DNA of 54,380 bases, counting the filler, from Catajapyx aquilonaris (Eukaryota), in assembly GCA_000934665.2 (NCBI GenBank). It is 3 parts of 3 records of this genome, joined end to end, with 100 filler letters (N's around TTAATTAATTAA, not from the genome) between each part and the next. Parts side by side here need not be neighbours in the genome. Positions count along the whole stretch, not along the records: positions 1 to 14,360 come from JYFJ02007805.1; 2 more parts are not named here. One strand, written 5' to 3'. The notes beneath the pieces are model-generated. The model had not been told where the DNA came from, made no database searches, and saw only the letters and a list, made by a program, of their open reading frames with translations. The translations under genes were made by a program, and so were the position numbers. Position 1 is the stretch's first letter, and each line of letters opens with the position of its first letter. Positions 1 to 11,599 of this stretch are shown here, one piece after another.

Positions 1-827
1 TCATACAATGACTTTACAGCCTCCAACAGGCGGCCCTTCACTCCATAGAGACTCAGAACTTCCCACAAACCTTCCCTACTTACTGTGTCATATGCTTAAT
101 AATAATAATAATAAGTGAAACAGGCCTATTATATATTAGTAATGCCCTGGTGGTATCTATCAGCACGTACATTGTGTGTGTACTTGCGCACTCGTGTTGT
201 CTAATGCTGACCATACGGTTTGGTGCAAATTATATATCCACTAAATGTTTTTAAATGAAAAACATATGCACTTGAACAATTCCACATGTGCAAGGCATGC
301 CATCCAGAGGTGCCAACAGAAGGAGCATAGCGGTTACAACTAGCCGGTTATTTATGCGAGTAACAAGTCGACCAAAGAATTCAATAATAATTGGTAAATT
401 GGGATTAGAACTTTGAAAAATGTTATATAATCATGTTATAAAAGACGCATGTAAAATTGTCAAACATTGACTACAATAGGCACAATCAGTAATGAACTGC
501 AATGAATTCAGTAGCGGCTACTTTTTTTAAAAAAAGAAGTGATTTTGAGCTAAGCGCTTTTTGATATCATGGCATAATTAATAAAATTTAATGTCATTAA
601 CTCGTTCGCTATACATAAACCTATATGAATAATTTAGAATTGATATGCATTAGGCCATTTAAAACTCAGCACGATCCGCCATATGTGAATGTGAAAGGAA
701 GAGACAACATCAGTGTGTGTGTGTGTGGGCAATAACATAAAAGAAATTTCCATATTTTGTTGTAAATATATTTTTTGTACCTTCGGAACTGTAGACGGAG
801 ATCTCCCAAGGAATATCCTGCAAAGAG

Positions 828-2686
828 ATGCCTTCGGACGAGCTGGAGGCGAGGATCTATGATTTCATAGGATCAGCCCACAGAGCGTGCGTACACCCAT
901 ATCCTTCTTGCCCATAACTTGCTTTTCAACCTTTTCCTAGGAAATGCATGTAAAGTGCACCATACGGTCATTTCCTAGGAAACTGTCATGTTTATTGTGA
1001 CAAATGTGTGTTTATTTGCAGGCCACACCTCAGCTCAATTGATGTGGCGCGAAGCACAGTGGAAGTGCTGAGGATGTTGGTTGCGAAAGAGGAATGGAAG
1101 AACGCAAAGTAATAATTACAAGCTGAGGCGGTTGGGATTTGTAATGCGCATTCATTTGTAGTAATTACTGTAGTTCATATTGGATTCATATTGAACAGGT
1201 TCATGAGTTGAAAGCTGCACGTTCAGAAAATGTCTGTCAATAGTCTTGTCGAAATTGCATCAGACAATCAGCGTCAAGCGGATCTCACTTAATTAACACA
1301 CAATCAGTAGTGATTAGCAGATTTTTGGCACTGAGATGCTTATTTTAAAGCAATTTTCTAATGTTACCGTTTAAGAAATGCTGTGCAGAGTAATATTGAT
1401 GAATTTCTTAGGGAACTTCTGGAATTAGTTCGGACACAAGGACGAAGACTTACGGATGGAGTTACATCTGAAGCCACCATAGGTAACATGGTACGACGCG
1501 TGATGAAGATCATACGTGATGAGTATGTCCTGGTTAAAAAGGTAAAGGGAACGCCTTGAATGAGCCATTATTTAATATAATAATGGTTGTATTCTTGTGT
1601 ACTGCAGAACAAACAGGAAGAGATAGACCCACAGGAATCCCTGCATAAGATGGTGACCCAAGAAGAGCAAACTGTTGATTACAGCCAGCACCTCCCCAAC
1701 TTGAAGGAAGCAATACTGGACAATCTGGAAGAACTGCTGACTGAGCTAGAGAACTGGTATGCTTCTGCCATACACTGTTTGATTACTATGTCATATTACC
1801 TTTCCATTTCCCTTTGGCAGCATGGACAACATAAGTGGACAGGCACTGGAGCACATACATGCCAACGAGATGATAATGACTATAGGATATTCACGGACTG
1901 TCGACTGCTTTCTAAAACATGCTGCTAAAGAACGTAGTTTTCATGTCATTGTTGTCGAAGGTGGACCACTTCATCCAGTAAGTCGGCTGTGCCTTGTATT
2001 GCTTTCTCAATTGTGGTTTTCTATGATTTCTACTGAACTCAGGAAAGAAACCGTAACTTCTTGCTGCCAAAGCACTCGATGTATACTTCATAAATATTTC
2101 TTGAATATCCCATCCTAAATTCCAATGTTTCGTAGGGCCAGCAGCTAGCCAAGAGTTTAGCCAAGGCAAAGATCGAAACTACGCTGATCCCAGATGCAGC
2201 CATATTCGCCATGATGTCCCGTGTGAACAAAGTGATCATTGGGACCCAGATGGTGCTTGCCAATGGAGGACTCCAGGCGGTCGCCGGAACCCACACCATG
2301 GCCCTGGCCGCATCCCATTACTCCGTCCCACTAGTGGTTCTGGCTCCCATGCTCAAGCTGAGCCCAACCTACTTGTGCTCCAGCCAGAAACCACCGTTCA
2401 ATTGTTTCCGCTCACCCTGTGGCAGCCTTGACTACAGCCAAGGACACCTTCTATCCCAGGTGCACGTCTGTTCGCCAGTGTTGGACTTCGTGCCACCTGA
2501 CCTGGTCACCCTCTTCATTTCAAATATGTAAGTGGAGATATTCCTTATGTAGTTCAAAGGAACACACTATCTTTGAAACGTGCATTACGACCAACAATCT
2601 TGATTTCTTTCAGGGGAGGACATGCACCATCATACATATACCGTCTTCTGAGTGAATTGTACTCTACAGATGATTATAACTTGTAA
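828..2686 (+). CDS. EIF2B2: Translation initiation factor eIF2B subunit beta, 7 coding exons (828-886, 1022-1108, 1412-1541, 1608-1756, 1821-1977, 2136-2527, 2614-2686), 348 aa
   Basis: All introns are GT-AG and the frame is continuous. Motifs typical of eIF2B-beta: [90 protein letters not shown]. Confidence 0.96.
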
Positions 2687-2736
2687 AGGTTCATTTCATG
2701 TAAAGATTTATTCATGAAAATTGTGGTCAGACTCTC

Positions 2737-5700
2737 TCAATTGTCTCCTTGTGCATCCTTTGCCTTCACCATCCCCTGCTGGTGTTTCTTGGTCTTCTTG
2801 CTCTGGGCCTCATCAATTGGTGCTGCCTTCACAAATGGGATCTCATCCTTGTACTCTGCAATATCAAACATGGCATTTATTTAATAATTATTATTATGTA
2901 ACTATTATTACAAACAAGTTGAAAATTATAAGCAACTAGAATGATCACAAACCTGGAGGCATGAAATCCTTGAGGACGTCAGGCACCTTCACCCCCGTCT
3001 CAGTTTGGTACACTTCAAGCACAGCACAAATGACACGGGTGGTAGCACACATTGTGGCATTGAGCATGTGCACATAGTCGGTCTGCGCGTTCATCTTCTT
3101 TGTCTGGCCATAACGTATCCGGAGCCTCCTAGCCTGGTAATCCAGGCAGTTTGAACAAGACACCAGCTCCCTGAAGGCCCCTTGTTCTCCCCCCGGAAAC
3201 CATGCCTCCACGTCCAGCTTCTTAGCAGCAGCATTGTTCAGGGCCCCTGACACAATGGCCACCACACGGTAAGGGAGCTCCAAGGCTTGGCAGAAGGTCT
3301 CCGCATTCAGGATCATCTCATCCATCATTTCCCACGACTTGTTGTCAAAAGGGGAGGTAATGCAGAATTGCTCCACCTGTCAGGACAGAACGAGATGAAC
3401 AAACAAGAGTATAAATGATGAATTCTAGCGTACATAAACTGAATACAAGAATCACTGATCTCTCATACAGTGATCATTATCATTTGATCAACTCACTTTT
3501 TCAAATTGATGCACCCTGAAGATCCCCCTGGTGTCTCGTCCATGGGATCCAACCTCTTGCCTGAAGCATGTACTAATACCAGCGTATTTTATCGGCAATG
3601 ATCCTTCCGCTAGCCACTCATCCCGGTGGAAGGCCGCAATCGGCTGCTCTGAAGTTGCTATGAGGTATTTCTCCTCCACCTCCTTATCCTCCGACTTTTC
3701 ACTGCCTTTGCCCACCACCTTGTACAGCTCCTCATCAAACTGAGACAGCTGGGCCACCTCCTGCATCACTTCCTTGCGCATGAAGAAGGGTGTGTACATG
3801 GCCTTGTATCCCTTCGCACTTAGCATCCTCAAAGCCAACTGTATCAAGGCTTGCTCTAAAAACACGGCTGCTCCTGTCATGTAGTAACCACGTCCCCCAG
3901 CAGTAACAGCACCACGCTCTCCATCCATCCCATCTATCATAGTGATCAGGTCTACATGGGAGTAGCGCTTTCTGAGGGTAACGTCACCATAGGTACGCTC
4001 AACCCGATTCTCATCCTCATCGTTGCTCACCGGTACCGTATCATGCAGGTAGTTACCCACTTCTTTCAGGGCCTCATTGCGATCCTTTTCTGTCTGGATT
4101 AGGCTCCTGTTGTTAGACTCAATGGCTTCATCAATCAGGACGCGGATCTTCTTAATCTGGGCTACACTCAGAGCTTGGAGATCTTCACTATTGAGTGAAT
4201 CCAGTTTAGTGAGGCACGATTCTGGAAGTAGCTCATCACCACCAACATCTTTTTTCTGAAAAAATCATGGTATGAAGAGTCTGTAGATCTGTTTAACAAG
4301 TACACTAAATAAAAGCAACACACTGCTAAGGCAAAGAATACAAACTTATTGCCATCCATGCCACCTATTAATATATTGGTTACATTTCAATTTATCTGTA
4401 TAGCATAGTTAGTGCATAAAGTACACATGACTATGTTCAACGAAACACTGAATATTTCCATAAATTTTGTTTCCATTATTGTAGAAGTAGTTGGGCATAA
4501 TCATAACAATGTTTTATGAAATTGACTTTGAGGACTTGAAACTATTGACATCTTTTGAAGTCTGCACAAGTGAAACATGACAGGTCTCACATCTTCATAC
4601 ACAAGCCACGTCAAAATTATTTGGCTTAATTCCATTTCATTTGTAAAATCTTTGCTACTCTCCACACCACACAACTATATATAAAAATCATGCAGTCACT
4701 TCAAAATTAGACATTTTCCTTGCATTTTCCATTCAAGCAGTGCAGTGGGGCATTGATAAACAGAACTGCAAGTACTTTTAAAATAGTCTGTAAAATCTAG
4801 AGTTGTGCACTTCTGTGACGAATGGCATGCCTACCAACTCGATACTTCCCACATGTAGCACATGCTTGTCTGTAGAGCATGTTAACCAAAGAAACAAACA
4901 CCCGCACCTTTTCTACTGAATCTGCCTTTCACGCAACAGCTAAGGATTCAACTAAGCAAGAACCACTCGTACACAACCATGCCCAAAGACCTTCACATCA
5001 GCCTCACCTTCTTCACTTCATCTGTAAGAAATGAGGTCATGTGAGAAAACCACCTGAAGAGGTGAGGCAGGGAGTCATTTGGGGGGCTTGACTGTAAGTT
5101 GAAGTACAAATGCCAGTCAGCGTCTGTCAAGCAGTGACCATTCACATAGCTCAGGTCTGCTAACTGACTGTTCAACAACTGGAGGTCAAGCTTCGGCTTG
5201 CTCGCTACCGTGTTGTTTTTCACTCCCTTCTGCAAATGAGCCATACACCTAATTGTACTGGCTTCATCACACTAATTTCTTTTTTATTTTATGAGGAACT
5301 GTTGCAATAGAAGAGGCTCAAAAATTCATCAGCATCATGCTCACCTTCATTTTCTCCCCGATAACCTTGCTGCACAGGTTCTTCAACTTGTTCCACACAT
5401 CAGCCTTATGCCTCACTGCAAGTGAACAGTCACAACATTAGCTAACATAACAGCAAGATACACCAAGGTAAAGTCAACCCAGATTTTACACATGTTGTGT
5501 TCAGATGAACATGAGCCAGTCATTAAAATGCCGTGTTCAGATTTTTTGCACATTTCAGTATATGGCTAGTTTTCATCCAAGTGAACACCGACACCCGAGG
5601 GGTTAGTCACTTGATACTATCGGGTACAACGGACTTCGGTCGTACTTTGTCCGGACGTCACTTGGACTTCAATCCGACTTCAGCCTCGGTGTCCGAAGGA

Positions 5701-5884
5701 TTTCGTTAAGTGACTAACCCTTCGGTGACACCTTCTGGAGATACATACGCTGCCTCCACTCCGCATCCTTGTCCACTACGGTGTCCACCAGCTTGACATC
5801 CTTGAACCTCTTCCTCTGGATGTCCCTCATCTTCTCTGGGTCGCCCCCTCTCTCCGCCCTGAACGCATCAATGTCCAGCACCAT
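2737..5884 (-). CDS. SARS1: Cytosolic seryl-tRNA synthetase, constitutive coding exons 5884-5749, 5415-5345, 4255-3497, 3376-2953, 2855-2737, 502 aa
   Basis: Start [16 protein letters not shown]; coiled-coil arm [18 protein letters not shown]; class II motifs [53 protein letters not shown]. Canonical splice sites with consistent phases. Probable 5'UTR intron 5961-5893; minus-strand AATAAA at 2712-2707. Confidence 0.97.
5008..5229 (-). CDS. Putative alternative cassette exon of SerRS encoding a 74-aa eEF1B-alpha N-terminal (GST-C-like) module
   Basis: Acceptor ctcatttgcag|AAG at 5229 and donor AAG|gtgagg at 5008; 222 nt, no stop, phase 0 at both ends like the host intron. Peptide [16 protein letters not shown]...DAD...SSPP...[13 protein letters not shown] fits the recalled eEF1B pattern LQxLNxxLADxSYxxG...AD...PP...HxxRWxxHxxS. 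Confidence 0.8.
5595..5725. mobile_element. Small MITE-like element or stem in SerRS intron 1
   Basis: 18-bp inverted termini ccgaggggttagtcactt (5595-5612) and aagtgactaacccttcgg (5708-5725), one mismatch; gacac lies next to both ends. Confidence 0.55.
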
Positions 5885-6091
5885 CTCTGCACCTGTCCCA
5901 ATAAACACAACAGTGTCCTCCATCACATGACCGCAGTCCATTGAACCACACACACACTTACCTCTGTCGACTGGTCCTTTTTTAAATATATACCAAACTG
6001 ATCAACCAAGCCGGCCTGAGGAGACGACAACGAGGCCAAACAATAAAGTTGGAAGTGCCAGATGGCCAAATCAGGGTTGCCAACGCAAACC

Positions 6092-6136
6092 TTGCGTCAT
6101 TTCGGTTGCGTCAATGTTGGCCACACTGGTGCGTCA
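6092..6136 (-). promoter_or_regulatory. Three TGACGCA(A) bZIP (ATF/CREB-C/EBP hybrid) sites upstream of SerRS
   Basis: ttgcgtca at 6092-6099 and 6106-6113, tgcgtca at 6130-6136, just upstream of the inferred non-coding first exon. A TGACTCA also lies at 6349-6355. Confidence 0.5.
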
Positions 6137-6619
6137 CGGACTCTTTACGATAAATTAATGGTGGTGAATTAATTATAATAATAATATTTAATCAACGGTC
6201 GGAGACAACTGGCGGGATTGGTAGAAAATGGCGCTTGGTTTCAAATGGTCCTAATTTGGCAAGTGATGAAATTTAGTGCAGAATTTCTTGTTTGTTTGGC
6301 GTGATTGCGTGCAGATCATGAAATTATATAATTTACGTGGTTGACGTATGACTCACCCGGACTATTATTTTCATTAGATTGGTACAGATAGGTCTTGATA
6401 GCCTATCTTTGTTGCTGCACGGATATAATTTTTTTTTTTTTTGTCTGTTTCAAGTATTCAGTACGATTCAGTATCTTCAGCAATATTTACTGTAATTGGG
6501 AAAATCTTGAAACTAATTCAATTACAATAATTTTGTATCATTTTACAACCTTTCATTGTGCAGCCTTGTTTTGCTCAAACCTAACCCCGTCGTAATGCAG
6601 GACTTACCGCCTGTACCGG

Positions 6620-6647
6620 GGGATTACTTAACATGTTAAGTAATCCC
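6620..6647. repeat. Perfect 28-bp palindrome
   Basis: gggattacttaaca|tgttaagtaatccc is its own reverse complement, with no spacer. Confidence 0.9.
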
Positions 6648-6951
6648 TTCCTGTACAGTACAGTACAAGTGGATGTGACTTGTTGAGATCAGCTCACTTT
6701 GGCAAATGCAGCTGGAAAATGAACAGGCAAGATGGTAGCTATAACAAAAAGTCAAGAGTCAATAGTGAATCACTAGACTTCTCGTTTATTTCATAACACA
6801 GCTATAAAACTGGCCAAGGCAACATCGTTTTTGTTCTTTTTTTGGAATAGTAGCAGTAATACAAATAAAACAGGTAATACTCATGCACCAGTAGGATCAC
6901 AATGAAAGAGCATTTTTTTAATTATTATTTTTTGGAATTGTTTTGCAGAGG

Positions 6952-9900
6952 TTATGCCACAGTCTCACAAGCACTTTTAAGCACACCTTGCACTAGATCC
7001 AAATCCTCTTCTGAGAGCAGGCTGTTAACCGTGATTCGTATGCTGGGCTGAGGAACACTGACCTCACACTTTTCAAGGTAACTTGGCATTGTTATTGCCA
7101 CTCCCTCATTTTGTGCCTGGAAAAAAGATCACATTTTGATTCATTAAAATCTGATGAATAATAGCCTCTCGACATTGGAATGCCGCTTTCTACTGTTGCG
7201 AGTATTTAACACTGACTTGACTGGCTATCCTGCTCAGCAGAGCTTCGTCTTCTGCTCGACTTTCAGTAGGCTGAAGTAGATAGAGATGCTTCACTGGCGA
7301 GTCCTGGTCACCACCCAGGCGCAAATTGGGTAGGGAATTCAGCTTTTCATGTGCAAGCCTGCAGTTCACACGAAGGTTTTCAAGCATAGAAGGATCTGCA
7401 TCTACTTTTTCTAAGGCTACTATTGCTGCTTTCGCCAGCAGTGGGGGTAGAGAAGCAGAAAAGATGTATCCTGGTGAGGAAAATTTGCATGATGAGCATC
7501 AGACAAAGAAAAATACATTTCATGACCTTTTCTAAACGACACACCACTTCACATGTGCCAAATTTTCTGAATGCCTGCTTCTAATCTAACTGACTGAAGA
7601 CTACATAATGTGCTCCATCAGGAGCAGAAATAGATGTATCCAGCATGATTTTGCAAAATTTCCCAGAGCGTACTTCATAGTGGCCATGCAGTTGTAACTC
7701 CGCATCTACAGTAATAATGAAAACCGGATGTCCACTCAACTGACCTAGTCCAGAGAGTCTCTGGTGGTCCACGACAAAGTTGGACCCAACACAGAATCCA
7801 CCAGTACTGCTTATGGCATTCTCCATAGATCCCGAGATAAGGTCAATGTCATTAACGTCAACACCGTAGTACTCTGTAATTCCTCTTCCGGTTCTCCCCA
7901 CAGCAGCAAAAGATACGCTTTCGTCGAGAAAAAGGCGCACTTTAAATCGCTTCTTCAGCTCCAGGATCTCAGGCAAGGGGCAGATCTCCCCTGTATTTAT
8001 GTAAATTCCTTCTACTACCAGAAAACGGCGTGTTGCCTTAGCTTTCCGTGGATCCTGAAGAAGAAATATAAATTCAGCATCACAACACTGCAGCATTTCA
8101 TATAATAAAAATCAGATTAAAATATTTTGTAGTATGTCGGAGTATGTCATGAGGCATATATACTTCTCTTTTACAAGACAGCAATTAATGTATAATGTTG
8201 GAATTGCCTATATTTAAAAATGCACTAAATTTAGGAAGAAGTCATTAAATAATAATGGTTTAAACGCCAAGAAGGTAGCTTCAGACTTATAAGCAGAGTT
8301 AAAAAGCCAGCAATGCCAACATATTTTATGGAGAATAGTCCTTATCAGGATATGACAATAACAATATATTTATTACTTTATTATACATGTGGTATATATA
8401 CCCATTACTGTACATATGGAAATCTCCTATTCATATGCACAGGCCATAACTCACATATTTACTGCATTATGTCATAGAATAATAAATGCCTGGGTATAAC
8501 CAAAAAAGTAGTACAGTCGAGCTCTAGCCAATTACTTTAGCACATCACTCAGGGTATAATGATAGAAGTTTCAGGGAGATGAACTGTCAATTAATTAATC
8601 CTGCTTTTATCAATTTTTATACCTCATTTACAAACCCATGGTCTGAAATTAGTTTGTTTCTACCTATACTGTATATCCTAGTGCTTGCCTTTTTATCTTC
8701 CTCCTCCTGTGACAGTAACAAATTCTCCAACTCTTCCATATCATTGTGCTTAAAGTACACAATCCGGCTGCGAGATGCTGTCAGGCCTTGTTGAATAGCA
8801 AAGCAGACACCATCATCCCTGCAAAATTGGGGATGTCAGCATAGAGATGTAACATAATGGCAAACTTACTCACACAAATATGATGTCCCCTTTCTTCGCG
8901 TATGCGGGAATGGCACTAGCAATGGTTGAAAATCCATATGAATATAGTATGGCCTCCTCCAGGTGCATAAACTGCGCCACCTTTTCCTCAAGTTCCATGT
9001 GCACATCTGAGGGGAAAAAATAAAAAATAAAAAATAAAAAATAAAAAATAAAAAATAAAAAATAAAAAAATAAGCATGTGTATCCTGGCATTCCAAGAGT
9101 TTGAACTGTCCTTTCTTTACAGACTCTATTACTGTACTTTATACTGTGTTGCATAATTTGTGCTAACAAAATATAAATTATATAAATTATATACGTAAAT
9201 TATATAAATAACAAAATTTCTGCCTGTTCCCATGAGATAATTTTTCATAATTCTTACCGACAGTGCCATAGAATCCTCTTGGGCCACATGACCCAACACC
9301 ATACTTCCTCAGACACTCCACGGCTGCATCCTCAACATCCTTGCTCTCAACCAACCCAAGGTAATTGTGGGTGGCCATGTTGAGGCACTTCTTCCCATCA
9401 ACTTCAATGTACTTGCCAGCCTATAAGTGGGGAACACAATTATTACTACTGTACATACTCTTATCTGCTACTGGTGCACGCAGTGAAAACCATACACAGC
9501 GGAATCAGTCCATTCTATTAATTTTTTTGGTAACAGAGAAGTTTCCTCCACATGGGCCAAACTAAAGTAGAAAAAGTAAGGTGCATGAACATGTCTCCTA
9601 CTTGGTATTCCCAATCATTCATGGCCTGTTGACATTTCCTAGTAGGAACTTGGTAGGACCCTACAGCTACAATGTGCAATATTTAACAAACTGTGTGCTT
9701 TTCAAACACCATTTGTGGGATCCCTTCCTGCAGAAAATTTTTCCCCACTTGAGGACTACTCCTACATCCTTTTTGTCCTGCTCTTGTTAGTTTCATAAAT
9801 CTGTGAAATGGCCTTCAACGCAGTAATAATCCCAAGGTTTTCCTTACTGAAGGAAAATAAAGTTCTGCCTGTTTCCGTATTAAACAGGTTCATCTATAGG

Positions 9901-10742
9901 TAACAGAAATATAGGCAGTCCTATCTTGCTGCTGGAACAACAAAAATAATTTCCACATCAGACAAGTTTCTGTTCCATCCAGAGTCCGCTACAAGCCGGT
10001 TTCACTACATAAAATCATGCTGATGATTGTTTAAGAAGTGCACATTTTAAATAGCTATTTTACTGGAAGGCTGCCATCATAAACTGAGCACAAGATAGCA
10101 ACAATCCTGCTTGAATTGTGAAATGGCTAGAACTATAAGAGAGGGGCTGATCAAATAGAAAAAGTGTTTCATTCCTTTGTTAATAATAATATGGTTAGTA
10201 TTATTATACTGATGGTTGGCGCTGACTGCAATCCAAAGGAGACACGAGGCGATAAATGTTGCCAGTCCCGACCAATGGCCAATTTTTATTATCTCTGAAG
10301 TGAAGAGAGCGAAAATTGGAAGTATTCAACCCTGCATTGGCTATCTACGGCCACATAGTACTCGAGCAATCTATAGAAAATAGGTTGGTGCACATGTCCC
10401 GCAACATTGCACCCTTGCCAAACTAACCCTTCCCCTGACGATCCTTGGCACTAGGGCTGGATGTCCCTTTGGGTGCTCAGGCACTAGTGGCTGTGGGACC
10501 CACTCCTTGATCAGCTCCTCCTCTTCCTTCAGGGAGAGTCCTGCAGACTCCTGTGGGTTGTAGCTCTTCCTGAGCAGCAGCCACATGACCCACACCACCA
10601 GCAGTCCCTCCAGCAGCAGGTGGTGGAAGGGCGCCTGCAACACACGCCCCGTCATCAATCAAACCCCATTCGATCCCTCCGACGGAGTCTTTACCTGCGA
10701 GAAGGCCACCGCTGCCTCGTAGATGTTCCACTGGGAAGACAT
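6952..10742 (-). CDS. SPTLC1: Serine palmitoyltransferase subunit 1 (LCB1), 8 coding exons (10742-10695, 10634-10428, 9420-9258, 9006-8874, 8818-8689, 8054-7745, 7470-7217, 7116-6952), 469 aa
   Basis: N-terminus [28 protein letters not shown]; motifs [79 protein letters not shown] has Asn at the PLP-lysine position, as expected for the non-catalytic LCB1 subunit. Minus-strand AATAAA at 6790-6785. Confidence 0.96.
9015..9073. repeat. (AAAAAAT)n heptamer tract in SPTLC1 intron 3
   Basis: About 8 tandem units. On the minus strand it forms the U-rich tract directly before the exon 4 acceptor at 9007. Confidence 0.9.
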
Positions 10743-11599
10743 GTTGGCGCATTTTCATCCTCCTCCCCTCCTCTCCCTCTACTCTCTCCTCTCTACGATG
10801 ATGCTCCACACCCCTTTCGATCCTCGGGAATGAGTCACGCAACTTCTTCTAGCTCCCTTCCCCGCAGCGTTTATTATTCATGATGCGACCATGCGTCTTT
10901 ATTAGCCCAGTAGGGAACCCGTCCAGTGGGTCAACCATTAACAGGTGTTCCATTTTTGTCAATGAACGCTAATTAAACCCGACTTCCATAGTTCCATAGC
11001 GTAGCTGCTGCGGATTTGGTGGTTGCGATAAGCGGTTATCCGCATAACAGTTACTTCTGGAAGCGACATGCAGTAGCTGTTAAATGGAGTATCATGTGCA
11101 GTGTCATAATATGTGACGCCACTCTTGGTGACACTTGCCAAGGGTCAAGGCAGGCTATCTTCTCTTGCATTTAAAATGCACGTGCCTGATTAAAAGGAAG
11201 CCGAAGAAGCATTGCCTTGGGCGAGTAGAATTTTGACAGTATACTGCATATATATACACGCAAATTTGTCACACAATTACGATTGCTTTACTATTGCACT
11301 TGGAACTTGAATAGTAATTACAGATTCGCACATGAAAACATATCACCACAAAGAGTATTATATGGTACGGCGCGACATGTGAGTTGATTGAAACCTCCAA
11401 TCAGCAGTTCATGACCTAAGCTCGTCTCCTTCCCTCCACAAATACGGTATCAAAGTTCAAAATGCATAATCACGACATACTTGGAAGGTTTATCTCCAGC
11501 AGTCTGCCAATAATTCGCAGAAGTCACATGAAGAAGCATAGACAGTTTGCCTGTGCTGAAAGGCTCAACTGACATTTTGATCCGTACAGCAGTAACGAG

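Noticed and set aside
10477..10842. 121-aa ORF as the SPTLC1 N-terminus
   Set aside because: Wrong frame with a non-ATG start. The homologous start is caacATG at 10742, with an intron at 10694-10635.
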